DNA of 64,000 bases from Dehalococcoidia bacterium (lineage in GTDB: Bacteria > Chloroflexota > Dehalococcoidia > UBA2979), in NCBI GenBank assembly GCA_965262725.1, contig OZ253555.1, positions 2,816,001-2,880,000 of the forward strand, given 5' to 3'. The notes beneath the pieces were generated by a model. It searched no databases, had not been told where the DNA came from, and worked only from the letters and a program-made list of their open reading frames with translations. Positions 47,230 to 57,296 of this stretch are shown here, one piece after another. Each line of letters begins with the position of its first letter. Within the stretch, counting starts at the first letter, position 1. Both the position numbers and the translations under genes were made by a program.

Positions 47230-48762
47230 CTAGCGGCGCCGGGCGCGCGCGATCTCCGGCACGATGATGAGCGCCAGGAGCGCGAGCGCGAGTACGGCCG
47301 CGACGACCGGCCTCAGGCGCCCTCCGCCGCTGGTCGCGCGCATGCTCGAGGTGCCGCCGACGCCGGTCGGGGCGGGGCCCGTCGCCGCCACTGCCCGGCG
47401 GGGCTCCGCCGCGAGCGGCGCCCCGCGCGCCCTCCCCGGGACGCGGCCGGCCGGAGCGGCCGACCGTGCGGTGAGCGCAACGCGGGCGCGCGCCTGAGGA
47501 TCGGGGACGAGCAGCACGATCACGATCGACAGGAGCGCGAGCGCGCCGAGCACGGCCAGCACGCCGTCGTAGTCGCCGACACGGTCGTAGTACGCCGCGA
47601 CGATAACGGGTCCGGGGGCTCCGATCACGACCTGGAGCGGCATCCCGACCCCACGCACCGCACCGATGTGCATCCGCCCGAAGAAGGAGGCCCACACCAG
47701 CTCCTGCATCGGGATCATGCCGGCGATGCCTGTGCCGAAGATGAGAAAGCCCGCAGCGACGAGGGGGACGTTCAGGCTGTTCGCCCCCGGCACGATCACC
47801 GCCATACCGATCGCCAGGCACGAGAAGGCAAGGGCGGCGAGGTAGCGCGCGTGCACGCGCTCGGCGGCGAAGCCCCAGCCGACGCGGGTGACGAGTCCCG
47901 GCAGGGCGAACAAGGAGAGCATCAACGCGGCGGTGGTCCGATCGAAGCCGGAATCGGTGAGGATCGGGATCGTGAGTGTCCCCAGCGCCAGGAAGCTGAG
48001 GCCGGCGAGCCCGAACGCCACGATCAGGAGCCATAGCGACCAGGTACGGATCGCCTCGCCACGCGTCAGCGAGCGGGCCTCGCGGATGATCGCGCCGCGC
48101 CGGTCGCGCGGCGGCGGCGCCCCCGGCCGGCGGCCGTCCGGGAGCAAGCCGCTGTCCTCGGGCTGGCGGCGGAACAGCATCGCGGCAGGAACGAAGAGCA
48201 CGAGCGTGACCACGGCGAGCAGTTGCCACCCCGCGCGCCAGCCCTCCGAATCCACGATCGGCGTCAGCAGGCTCGGCGTGATCACGCCGGCCGCGGAGAG
48301 ACCGAGGGCGGCGATCCCGATCGCGCGGCCGCGGCGGCGCTCGAACCATTTCGAGAGCACGGCGTGGACCACCAGCGTTCCGGCGAAGGCCACCGCCACC
48401 GAGAGCACCCCGGCCCGCAGCACGTACCACTGCCAGAGCTCCGTGATCTGGGCGATCGCCAGGAGCGAGCCGGCGGCCATAACGGCGCCGATCAGCGTCA
48501 GCGCGCGGCCGCCGTGGCGGTCGATCACGCCGCCGAAGAAGGCGCCGGTCATCGATGTGACGAAGGCCCCCACCGTCACCGCGAGCGCGAATTCCGTGCG
48601 GCTCCAGCCGAGGTCGTCGCTCATCGGCACGAAGAAGACGCCGTTGGCGTATCCCTGGAGCGTGACGGCCACACCGTTCGCGACCGCGCCGGCGCCGACG
48701 ATGTACCAGCCGAAGAACACCCTCGGAGGGCGGTGCGGACCGACTGGGGATGTCTCGATCAC
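47230..48762 (-). CDS. MFS transporter with C-terminal extension
   Basis: FFGWYIV, GVIDRHGGR, SKWFERRRGRA; paralog of 61031-62344. Confidence 0.9.
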   Translation of the reverse strand: MIETSPVGPHRPPRVFFGWYIVGAGAVANGVAVTLQGYANGVFFVPMSDDLGWSRTEFALAVTVGAFVTSMTGAFFGGVIDRHGGRALTLIGAVMAAGSLLAIAQITELWQWYVLRAGVLSVAVAFAGTLVVHAVLSKWFERRRGRAIGIAALGLSAAGVITPSLLTPIVDSEGWRAGWQLLAVVTLVLFVPAAMLFRRQPEDSGLLPDGRRPGAPPPRDRRGAIIREARSLTRGEAIRTWSLWLLIVAFGLAGLSFLALGTLTIPILTDSGFDRTTAALMLSLFALPGLVTRVGWGFAAERVHARYLAALAFSCLAIGMAVIVPGANSLNVPLVAAGFLIFGTGIAGMIPMQELVWASFFGRMHIGAVRGVGMPLQVVIGAPGPVIVAAYYDRVGDYDGVLAVLGALALLSIVIVLLVPDPQARARVALTARSAAPAGRVPGRARGAPLAAEPRRAVAATGPAPTGVGGTSSMRATSGGGRLRPVVAAVLALALLALIIVPEIARARRR

Positions 48763-48865
48763 CCGGGTCCTCCCGCGCCTGCCCGCCAACTATAGGTGCG
48801 CGGCTGGCTGCACCCGCGGGGACAGCCTTCTTGGCAACGGGACTGTTGGCGAGCGGAGTTGGCGC

Positions 48866-50425
48866 TCAGCCAGCGCGCGAGGGCGTGGCGTCGTGCGCGC
48901 CCGGGAGAGTGCGCAGCGCCTCGACGTCCGCCGCCCCCGGGAGCCCCCAGCTGGCCTCGTATCCGAAGAGCTCCCGCAGCGTCGTCGCCCCCAGCCGCCC
49001 GTCCGTGATCTCGAGATGGTCGGGCGTGAGCAGCGCGGGGTGCGCGACGCCGGCTGCGAACGCCAGCGTCCGCATCTCTCGGCGCAGCGCGCGCACGTAG
49101 TTGGCAACGCGGAGCGACTTGCTCCGGGGGTCGAGCCCCCGCGCTCGCCAGCGCGACTGGGTCGCGACGCCGGTGGGGCAGCGACCCGTGTGGCAGCGCT
49201 GCGCCTGGATGCACCCGGTCGCCAGCATCGCCTCCCGGCCGACGTTGACCATGTCACAGCCGAGCGCAAAGGCGACCATCGCGTTCTCGGGCAGACCGAG
49301 CTTCCCGGAGCCGACGAAGGTGACGCGCTCGCTGATGCCGTGCACCGCGAACGCCCGGTAGACACGCGGGAAGCCGATCTTGAAGGGAAGTGCCACGTGG
49401 TCGGTGAAGACGAGTGGGCCGGCGCCCGTGCCCCCCTCTCCCCCGTCGACGGTGACGAAGTCGACCCCGCGCTCGCCGCTCTCCATCAGCCGCGCGAGAT
49501 CGTCCCAGAAGGCCTGCTCGCCGACGGCGGACTTGATCCCGACCGGTAGCCCCGTCACCTCGGCGATGCGTTCGACGAAGTCGAGCATCGAGTCGACGTC
49601 CGAGAACTCCGCGTGGGACGCCGGACCCACGCAGTCGACGCCGGCCGGGATGCCCCGGATGCGCGCGATCTCCGGCGTCACCTTCGCGGCGGGCAGCAGC
49701 GAGCCAACGCCGGGCTTCGCCCCCTGGCTCAGCTTCACCTCGATCGCCCGGACCGGGTTCTCTGCGACCACGGCCGCAAGCCGGTCCATGGAGAATCGCC
49801 CGCGGTCGTCCCGGCAGCCGAAGTACGCCGGCCCGATCTGGAGGACAATCTCGGCGCCGTGCTGGTGGTACGGGGCGAGCCCGCCCTCGCCCGTGTTGTG
49901 CAGGCAGCCGGCGTCGAGCGAGCCGAGGTTCATCGCCTCAACCGCGCGTCCGGAGAGCGAGCCGAAGCTCATCCCCGAGATGTTCACGGCAGAGGGTGGA
50001 CGGAAGGCCCGCTCGCGGCCGCGCGCGGCGCCCAGGACCTTGGCCGCCGGGAGCGAATCCCGCTCCGCCACGCGCTCCGCGGCCTCTCCGACGGCCGACG
50101 GGCGGTAGGGGAATGTCGCGTGCTTGAGCAGCACGTAGTGCCCGGCCATCTCCATCTCGTTGTCGGACCCGAACCCGAAGGAGTTGTTCTCCCCCTTCGC
50201 GGAGGCGTAGACCCAGCGCCGCTGGTCGCGGCTGAAGGGCCGCTCCTCGTCGTTGTCGGTCACGATGTACTGCCGGAGCTCGGGCCCAACCGCCTCCAGC
50301 CAGTAGCGGAAATGGCCGATGATCGGGAAGGTGCGTATGACAGCGTGCTGCGTCTGGAGCACGTCGTAGAGCACCCATGCCGCGGTGGCCGCGAGAATGG
50401 CGGCGAGCACGATCAACCAAAGCAT
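48866..50425 (-). CDS. FMN-binding glutamate synthase family protein (N-terminal TM)
   Basis: MSFGSLS, NTGEGG, EVKLSQGAKPG, DGGEGGTGA, CIQAQRCHTGRCPTGV. Confidence 0.93.
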   Translation of the reverse strand: MLWLIVLAAILAATAAWVLYDVLQTQHAVIRTFPIIGHFRYWLEAVGPELRQYIVTDNDEERPFSRDQRRWVYASAKGENNSFGFGSDNEMEMAGHYVLLKHATFPYRPSAVGEAAERVAERDSLPAAKVLGAARGRERAFRPPSAVNISGMSFGSLSGRAVEAMNLGSLDAGCLHNTGEGGLAPYHQHGAEIVLQIGPAYFGCRDDRGRFSMDRLAAVVAENPVRAIEVKLSQGAKPGVGSLLPAAKVTPEIARIRGIPAGVDCVGPASHAEFSDVDSMLDFVERIAEVTGLPVGIKSAVGEQAFWDDLARLMESGERGVDFVTVDGGEGGTGAGPLVFTDHVALPFKIGFPRVYRAFAVHGISERVTFVGSGKLGLPENAMVAFALGCDMVNVGREAMLATGCIQAQRCHTGRCPTGVATQSRWRARGLDPRSKSLRVANYVRALRREMRTLAFAAGVAHPALLTPDHLEITDGRLGATTLRELFGYEASWGLPGAADVEALRTLPGAHDATPSRAG

Positions 50426-50605
50426 CCACGCCCCCTGACGATCAGTGTATCTGCCGCGCGACGGGGCGGATCAGGTACCGGGGCGCCGCGGCGGCGGCGG
50501 CGCTACCCTTGGGCCGCGCGCGGGCGTCACGCCGTCGCCGGCTCGACGCCGGGAGGAGCGTGCCGACAGCGCGCGCCGTGGGGCGCGCGAGGCGGGATGT
50601 GGGGC

Positions 50606-51475
50606 ATGGCAGAACCGCCGGACGCGTTCGTGCGGGCGGTGATCGCCGACACCCTGCCGACGTACGGCTTCTCTCCGCGTTTCATGGCCGCGTGGTTTGC
50701 GACGCTGCCGCTGGGACGGCCCCGCAACCTCGGCGCCGAGGGGGAGCGACTCTTCGCGCGACGTGCGCCCGCCCCCATCGCCCTCGGCACCGATCACATA
50801 CCGCCTGCGGGGACGCCGTTCGTCCTCGCGATGAACCACTACGAGCGTCCGGGGCTCAACGTCTGGTGGGCGGCGATGTGGGTCTCCGTGATCCTCTGGC
50901 GCGCCCGCGGCGAGCAGCCGTCCGTGCGCTGGCTGATCGCGGACCAGATACGCGGCTACCGCGTCGGACCCCTGCGCATCCCCGACGCGGCGATGAGGTG
51001 GATGGTCGGTCGCGTCGCGCGCCGCTACGGTGCGCTGCGGGTGCCACGCGACGGAGACGCGGGGAGCGGGCGGGCGCAGGCGCTTCGGCGCGCGAGCTCG
51101 GCGCTGAGGGGCGCGGGCGGGCGTCCTGTCGGCATCACGCCGGAGGCCGGCCGCGGCGGGGAACGAGTGCTCGTGGCCGCGGAGCCCAACGCGGGAATGG
51201 CGATCGCGTGGCTGACCCGCCGCGGCGCGCCGATCCTCCCGGTCGGTGTCTTCGAGACACCAGCGCCCGGGGGCGGGGTCGACGGCACCGGGCCAGCGGC
51301 GCTCACCGCGTGTATCGGCGCGCCGCTCTCGCTCCCCTGGAGCGGCTCCGCCGGGGGCCGCGCGGAGCGGGAGGCGCTCGGTGAGACGGTGATGCGCGCG
51401 ATCGCGGCGCAGCTCCCGACCGTGCTGCGCGGGCCCTACGGTGGGGAGCCCCCGGGCAGAGACGAGGCCGGATGA
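50606..51475 (+). CDS. PlsC-like acyltransferase-fold protein
   Basis: HIPPAGTPFVLAMNHY, GITPEAG, PILPVGV. Confidence 0.72.
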   Translation: MAEPPDAFVRAVIADTLPTYGFSPRFMAAWFATLPLGRPRNLGAEGERLFARRAPAPIALGTDHIPPAGTPFVLAMNHYERPGLNVWWAAMWVSVILWRARGEQPSVRWLIADQIRGYRVGPLRIPDAAMRWMVGRVARRYGALRVPRDGDAGSGRAQALRRASSALRGAGGRPVGITPEAGRGGERVLVAAEPNAGMAIAWLTRRGAPILPVGVFETPAPGGGVDGTGPAALTACIGAPLSLPWSGSAGGRAEREALGETVMRAIAAQLPTVLRGPYGGEPPGRDEAG

Positions 51476-52878
51476 GCGCGAGTGCCGGTGCGGCAGGGCA
51501 GGCGCCGGGTCTCCCGCTGCGGGTGCGGGTGTTCTACTCCTCGGCGAGCATCGCCGGGAACGCACTCTCGCAGGGGTGGGCGCTCTGGCTCATCTACTTC
51601 TACGCCCCACCGGGCGACGCGGACATCCCTGTGCGGATCCCCGAGCTCGGGGGGCTCGATCCGCGGGTGGTGCTCGGGATCACTCTCACGCTCGCGCGCG
51701 TGCTGGAGGCCCTGGACGATCCGCTCATCGCCTACTGGACGGACCGCACGCGCTCGCGCTGGGGCCGCCGAATCCCCTTCGTGCTCTTCGGCACGCCGTG
51801 GTGGTGCCTGCTCTTCGTGCTGATCTTCACACCTCCTGTCGAGGGCTCGAGCATGGCGAACGTCGTCTACATCTTCGTGGTCGCCCAGCTCTACTTCCTG
51901 CTCAACAACGTCGCCGGATCCGCGATGGAGGCGCTCTTGCCGCATATAGCGAGGCGCACCGCCGACCGCGTCTCGGTGGCGGCGCTGCAGGTGGTCTTCG
52001 GCGTCGGGGGCGCCGCCATCGGGCTCTCCCTCAGCTCGCTGCTCGTCGACCTTTTTGGCTTCGTCGGGATGGCCACGGTGATCGCCTCCATCGCCCTCAC
52101 GACCCGCTACGTGGCACTGGCCGGCAGCTGGCGCCACGCCGCCACCGACGCCACCCCCGCGCACCCCGGCGTGATGCGCGCCCTGCGCGCGACCTTCACG
52201 AACCGGAACTTCCTCGCCTACCTGCCGAGCTTCGTCACCTTCCAGGTGGGCGTGCAGATGCTCACGGCGCTTCTCCCCTTCTTCGTCGCGGCGGTGCTCG
52301 GCGAGTCCAAGTTGTTGGGGCTGACGGGGAGCGACAACGAGGGGACGTTCATCTTCCTGCTCACGGTCATGGTGATCAGCGGCGCTCTCGCGGCCGTGCC
52401 ACTCTTCGCCGCCGTCGCCAGACGCCGGGGAACGGCGACCACCTACCGGGCGGCAATGCTCGGGGCCGCTGCCTACTTCCCGCTGCTCTTCTTCGCGGGC
52501 TACGTGCCGGGGATCCCCGCGCTCCATCAGTCCTTGGTGGCGATCGGCCTAGCCGGCGTGCCGATGGCCGGCGTCTTCCTCTTCCCCAACATCATCACGG
52601 CCGACATCGCCGACGAGTCGGCGTTGAGCACCGGGACGCGGCGCGAGGCGATGTTCTACGGCTCGCAGAACATGGTCGAGAAGTTCGCGATCTCGCTCGC
52701 GCCGCTGATCTTCTCGCTCGTGCTGCTCGCCGGGGACTCGGCCGCCAATCCGCTCGGCGTGCGGCTTGTCGGGCCGATCGCCGGCCTGCTGGTGCTCGCC
52801 GGATACATCTCCTTCCGCTCCTACGAACTCGCGCCGCCCGACGATCCATCAGTGGAGGCACACACCGGCGGCCGGTGA
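51472..52878 (+). CDS. GPH (MelB-like) family MFS symporter
   Basis: DDPLIAYWTDRTRSRWGRRIPF, ADIADE...TGTRREAMFYG. Confidence 0.92.
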   Translation: MSASAGAAGQAPGLPLRVRVFYSSASIAGNALSQGWALWLIYFYAPPGDADIPVRIPELGGLDPRVVLGITLTLARVLEALDDPLIAYWTDRTRSRWGRRIPFVLFGTPWWCLLFVLIFTPPVEGSSMANVVYIFVVAQLYFLLNNVAGSAMEALLPHIARRTADRVSVAALQVVFGVGGAAIGLSLSSLLVDLFGFVGMATVIASIALTTRYVALAGSWRHAATDATPAHPGVMRALRATFTNRNFLAYLPSFVTFQVGVQMLTALLPFFVAAVLGESKLLGLTGSDNEGTFIFLLTVMVISGALAAVPLFAAVARRRGTATTYRAAMLGAAAYFPLLFFAGYVPGIPALHQSLVAIGLAGVPMAGVFLFPNIITADIADESALSTGTRREAMFYGSQNMVEKFAISLAPLIFSLVLLAGDSAANPLGVRLVGPIAGLLVLAGYISFRSYELAPPDDPSVEAHTGGR

Positions 52879-53035
52879 GCGGGATCCTCACCCTGCGCCG
52901 GGCGACCACGCCCCCCCACGCCGCCATGGGCTCGACTCGGGCCGTGAGGCGGCCTGAGGTCGCGTCCCCTAGAATGCGCCTGAGGCGGGCCGCCCGAGAC
53001 GGGCGCCGCTACCGAGGCTCACGTCGGGAGGCACG

Positions 53036-53632
53036 ATGACAAGCGGCGCGACGGCGGTCCTGACCACGCTCACGGCCCGCGGCCAGCAGATCGCCCTGCG
53101 CTACATGAGTGCCGCCGACCGCGACGCGCTGCTCCGCTTTGCGCGCTCCCTGCCGACGCACGATCTTCTCTTCCTCAGACGCGACATCACTAAGGGAGAC
53201 GAGATCGACGCCTGGATCGCCGACATCAAGCGGGGAGAGGTGAGCACGATTGTCGCCGTCGACGACGGGGGATCCATGGTCGGCTACGCCGCCGTCGCTC
53301 GGAACGACCTGCGCTGGATGCGGCACGTCGCCGAGCTGCGCGTCCTCGTTGGGGAAGGGGCTCGCGGCTCCGGCGTGGGGCGGGCGCTCACCCAGGAGGC
53401 CTTCCGCGTCGCGGCCGATACCGGCGTGCGCAAGATGATCGCGCGCATGACCCTCGATCAGCCTGCCGCCATCCACGTCTTCCGGCGTCTTGGTTTCCGC
53501 TCCGTGGCACTGCTGCCCGATCACGTCGTCGACCCGTCGGGAAACAGCTACGACCTCGTGATGATGGAACAGGACGTCGCAAGCTACGAGGCCATGCTGC
53601 AGGAGTTGGACCACCCGCCAAGCGCGCGCTAG
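53036..53632 (+). CDS. GNAT family N-acetyltransferase
   Basis: HVAELRVLV, RGSGVG, FRRLGF; TAGAAT -10 at 52970-52975. Confidence 0.88.
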   Translation: MTSGATAVLTTLTARGQQIALRYMSAADRDALLRFARSLPTHDLLFLRRDITKGDEIDAWIADIKRGEVSTIVAVDDGGSMVGYAAVARNDLRWMRHVAELRVLVGEGARGSGVGRALTQEAFRVAADTGVRKMIARMTLDQPAAIHVFRRLGFRSVALLPDHVVDPSGNSYDLVMMEQDVASYEAMLQELDHPPSAR

Positions 53633-53676
53633 ACCCAACGCCGGGGCACCGCCGCCGACCGCGCCGAGAGCGACGG

Positions 53677-54876
53677 CTACCCCGGCGTGTTGTCGTAGCC
53701 CGCTGTGATCGGAGCGTCCACTCGCTGTCCGGCCGTCCCTCCCGGGGCGTAGCGCTCGACGATCTCCCGGAACTCGTCCCTCGCCGCCGCCGCGGGGAGC
53801 GCCGCCGGCTGCCCCGGCAGCGACGCGACGTGAAGCGTCTGGGTCGGGAAAGCGAACTCCACCCCCAGATCCTCCGCCAGCCGCATGATGTCGAGGTTGA
53901 TCACGTGCCTCGTGCGCAGCTCGTCGTTCCAGCTCGAGGCATCGATGAAGCAGTAGACGAGGATGTCGAGCGACGCCGCCCCGAAACCGTGGAACTCGAC
54001 GATGTAGTAGTCCTTGCGCATCTCGGGGTTCGCGCGGATCAGCGCGCGTATGCCCTCGACGAACGCCTGGACTCGGTCGGGCGTGGTGGCATAGCTCACG
54101 CCCAGCGTGGTCTTGTAGCGGCGCCACTGCCTCAGCCCCATGTTGTCGACGTGGGCATCGACGATCCGCGCGTTGGGCACGGTGACCACCGAGTTGTAGA
54201 AGGTGCGCACGCGCGACGACCGGAAGCCCACGTGCTCGACCGTCCCCTCGACGCTGCCGACCACCACCCAGTCGCCGACCTGGAACGGGCGGTCGGCGAG
54301 GATCGTGACGCCGCCGAGCAGGTTGCGGATCGAGTCCTGGGCGGCGAGGGCAATCGCAAGGCCGCCCAGGCCGAGCCCCGCCACCAGCGACGTCACGTTC
54401 ACGCCGAGGTTGCCGAGAACGAGCAGCACGCCGAAGAGCACGACGGCGGCCCTCAGGATCGTGCCCGCCAGGGGCACGATCTGGTCGTCCAGCCGGCTCT
54501 CCGTCGCGGCCGCGCGCCTCCGGAGCTCGTCGGTGAAGATATCGACGGCACGGAGGCCCACCAGCAGCAGCGCCCCCGCGGTGAGAAAACTCGCCGACTG
54601 CGCGACGATGCTCTCGACCGTGTCGTGGAAGCCCAGGGCCGGGAAGCCCAGCCGCGCCGTCATCGCGACGACGAGTGCCGTGATCGCCCGCCCCAGCCGT
54701 CCTCGCTCCCGCTCCCAGAACTCGGGGTCGACCTTCCCGGCGCGGCCTCGCAGATAGAGCTTGACGCTGTGGTGGATGAGGAAGTGCGCGAGGCCGGCGA
54801 CCACGATCAGGACGCCGAGCCCGATCCACTGACCGACCTCGACGCCGATGTAGGTGTCGGTGAACCAGTCCGGCAC
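53677..54876 (-). CDS. mechanosensitive ion channel (MscS family)
   Basis: GLGGLAIALAAQD, DRPFQVGDW, GTVEHVGFRS, VPN, EFAFPT. Confidence 0.94.
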   Translation of the reverse strand: MPDWFTDTYIGVEVGQWIGLGVLIVVAGLAHFLIHHSVKLYLRGRAGKVDPEFWERERGRLGRAITALVVAMTARLGFPALGFHDTVESIVAQSASFLTAGALLLVGLRAVDIFTDELRRRAAATESRLDDQIVPLAGTILRAAVVLFGVLLVLGNLGVNVTSLVAGLGLGGLAIALAAQDSIRNLLGGVTILADRPFQVGDWVVVGSVEGTVEHVGFRSSRVRTFYNSVVTVPNARIVDAHVDNMGLRQWRRYKTTLGVSYATTPDRVQAFVEGIRALIRANPEMRKDYYIVEFHGFGAASLDILVYCFIDASSWNDELRTRHVINLDIMRLAEDLGVEFAFPTQTLHVASLPGQPAALPAAAARDEFREIVERYAPGGTAGQRVDAPITAGYDNTPG

Positions 54877-54892
54877 GGCGACCTCCCGTGCG

Positions 54893-54938
54893 GTTAGCGT
54901 AACATCTAGTAAGGCGTATTAGCACCTGGTGGTACTAG
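54893..54938 (-). promoter_or_regulatory. AT-rich promoter region of the mscS-family gene, extended -10 TGtTACGCT
   Basis: Extended -10 at 54904-54896(-), about 20 nt before the GTG; short inverted repeats present. Confidence 0.5.
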
Positions 54939-55002
54939 GAGGGCGGCGGCAGGGCGCACCGGCCTCGCGGCGGCGGCCCCCGGCCGCCGGAGGATGCGGG
55001 CC

Positions 55003-56292
55003 CTACCTGATCGCTCGCAGCGAGCGCTGCGTGAGCGTCACGCCCAGCATGATGGCGAGCAGGGCAACCCCACCGGCCGTGAACAACGCTTCCAGCCCGA
55101 TCAGCTGCGCGAGCAATCCGGCGGGGACGCCGAGTGCGCCAGCGAGGCCATTCGCCACGATCAAGAGGCCCAGCACGCGACCGCGCAGCTGCGGTGGGAC
55201 CTCGGTCTGCGCGATCGCCATCCCGGTCACGCGCACCGTCTGGAAGGAGGCGCCGCAGACGATGCCGATCGCAAACGAGAGGGCCGCCACCCGGCTGAGG
55301 CTGAACACGATCAAGGACGCCGCCAGGAGGAGTCCGGCCGCAAGCAGCAGCCAGCCGCCCGGCAACCTGCGGCGCCGGAGGGCCAGCGCGCTCATGGCCG
55401 CAAGACCGCCACCGCCCCAGCAGAATTGCATGATGCCCCACCCGGTGGCGCCCACCCCCAGCACGTCGTCGAGCCACGCCGCCATGAGCACGCCCATGAT
55501 CGTGATCCCGATGCCGAGAGCGGCCCACGTTGTCAGGACGGTCCATCGCACCCCCGGGTGGTAGCCCAGATACCCGAGCCCGTCGCGGAGGTTGCGCAGG
55601 ACCGAGTCGCGCGCGGCGTAGGGATCCGCGGCACGCCCCCCGATCTTCATCGGGAAGACCGCGGCGAGGAGCCACACGTGCGTGGAGGCGGCGATCAGGT
55701 ACGTGGCGCCGAACCCGAGGTGGTCGATCGCCAGCCCGGTCACCGGCCCGGAGACGAGGAGGCTGATGGACCACGCAAGCTGGAAGATCGTCACCGCGCG
55801 CGTCACGAGCGGCGCCGGGACCGCCTCCGAGATGAGTGCCGTGCGCGTCGGGAGATCCTGAGCGTTGATCAGTCCGGTCACGGTGAAGAGCGCCAGCATC
55901 ACCGGCAACCACGCCCCGTCGCCGGTGCTCGCCCCCGGCAGGTAGAGCAGGATCCCCGTTCCGCCGACGAAGAGCAGTGCGGCGATGTGGGCCCCTATGA
56001 GCATCGTGCGGCGCGCGTAGCGATCGGCGAGCACGCCGCCGAACAGCACGTACGCGAGAAAGGCGACGCCACGGAGCGTGGCGAGGAGGCCGAGCAGCAC
56101 GAGCCGCTGCTCATCCGGCGCCGTGACGTTCACGTACCACGCCTGGACGATGAAGAGCATCGGCCCCCGGACGCCACCCGCGAGGTTGGTGATGCAGACC
56201 AGACGGAAGTCACGGTAGCCAAGCGGAGCCAGACGATCCTCCGGAAGCGCGGCGCGCGGAGGCGGCGGGGCGGTCGTATCCGGGCCACGCAT
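55003..56292 (-). CDS. MFS transporter (DHA3/EntS-like)
   Basis: YRDFRL, GGVLADRYARR, LRGRVLG. Confidence 0.9.
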   Translation of the reverse strand: MRGPDTTAPPPPRAALPEDRLAPLGYRDFRLVCITNLAGGVRGPMLFIVQAWYVNVTAPDEQRLVLLGLLATLRGVAFLAYVLFGGVLADRYARRTMLIGAHIAALLFVGGTGILLYLPGASTGDGAWLPVMLALFTVTGLINAQDLPTRTALISEAVPAPLVTRAVTIFQLAWSISLLVSGPVTGLAIDHLGFGATYLIAASTHVWLLAAVFPMKIGGRAADPYAARDSVLRNLRDGLGYLGYHPGVRWTVLTTWAALGIGITIMGVLMAAWLDDVLGVGATGWGIMQFCWGGGGLAAMSALALRRRRLPGGWLLLAAGLLLAASLIVFSLSRVAALSFAIGIVCGASFQTVRVTGMAIAQTEVPPQLRGRVLGLLIVANGLAGALGVPAGLLAQLIGLEALFTAGGVALLAIMLGVTLTQRSLRAIR

Positions 56293-56507
56293 CGCGCAAT
56301 CGTAGCGCCCGCCCGCACAGGGAGAGGGGAGGCAGGTCGACCCGGCAGGGATCGAAGGCGCGGATGGCACGTGCCGACGACGGCGGAAGGACCACCGTGA
56401 GCAGACGACCACTCCCCGCGCGTATGCTCCACGATGTCCGCGCGCGGGCGGCCGAGAAGACCTCCGCCGTCCCAGCGGGCGGCGGAAGACCACGGATGGG
56501 AGCGGGC

Positions 56508-57296
56508 ATGCGCAAGGCATACGTCGACGGTCCCGGCGGGCAGATCCACTACCGCGAGGAGGGCGACGGCGAACCGCTGCTGCTGCTGCACCAGACGGCG
56601 AGCTCCAGCCAGCAGTTCCTCGCGGCGTTCCCCCATCTTGTCCGTGGGGGCCGGCGCGTGATCGCGATGGACACGCCGGGCTACGGGATGTCCGATCTCC
56701 CGCCGGGGGAGCCGAGCGTCGACGGCTACGTGGAGGCGGTCCTGGCGCTCCTCGACGCGCTCGGGATCGAGCACGCGGCGGTGCTCGGCCACCACACCGG
56801 CGCGACGGTCGCGCTCCACGTCGCGTGGGCGCACCCGGAACGCGTCGACCACCTGGTGCTGAACGGAACTCCCCTCTACACCGACGAGGAGCGGCCCCGG
56901 CTCCTCGAGCGACTCCCCACCGAGGCCCCGCCGATCGAGGAGGACGGCAGCCACCTGCTGGCGCCGTGGAAGAGGAGGATGCGGGTCACTGTCGGCTGGA
57001 CCAGACTCGACGTGATGCAACGCTGCGTGACGGAGATGCTGAGCGTGCGAGAACACGCCTGGTACGGCTACAGGGCGGTCTTCCCTTACCCGTTCGAGGC
57101 GAGGCTGCGCGAGGTCACCACGCCGACCCTGCTCCTGACCAACACCGGCGAGGACCTCTACCGCCACACGCTGCGGGCGCGCGACGCACGGCCCGACCTG
57201 CCATACGCCGAGCTTGAGGGCGGCACCCACGACATCGTCGACGAGCAGCCGGAGGCGTGGAGTGACGCCGTGCTCGACTTCCTGGGCCGCCCGTGA
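56508..57296 (+). CDS. alpha/beta-hydrolase-fold protein, atypical elbow GHHTG
   Basis: GQIHYR, LLLLHQT, DTPGYGMSD, HPERVDHLVL, GGTH. Confidence 0.9.
   Translation: MRKAYVDGPGGQIHYREEGDGEPLLLLHQTASSSQQFLAAFPHLVRGGRRVIAMDTPGYGMSDLPPGEPSVDGYVEAVLALLDALGIEHAAVLGHHTGATVALHVAWAHPERVDHLVLNGTPLYTDEERPRLLERLPTEAPPIEEDGSHLLAPWKRRMRVTVGWTRLDVMQRCVTEMLSVREHAWYGYRAVFPYPFEARLREVTTPTLLLTNTGEDLYRHTLRARDARPDLPYAELEGGTHDIVDEQPEAWSDAVLDFLGRP

Noticed and set aside
48866-50425. Truncated gltB pseudogene
   Set aside because: Intact ORF matching the known stand-alone FMN-binding glutamate synthase family with an N-terminal TM
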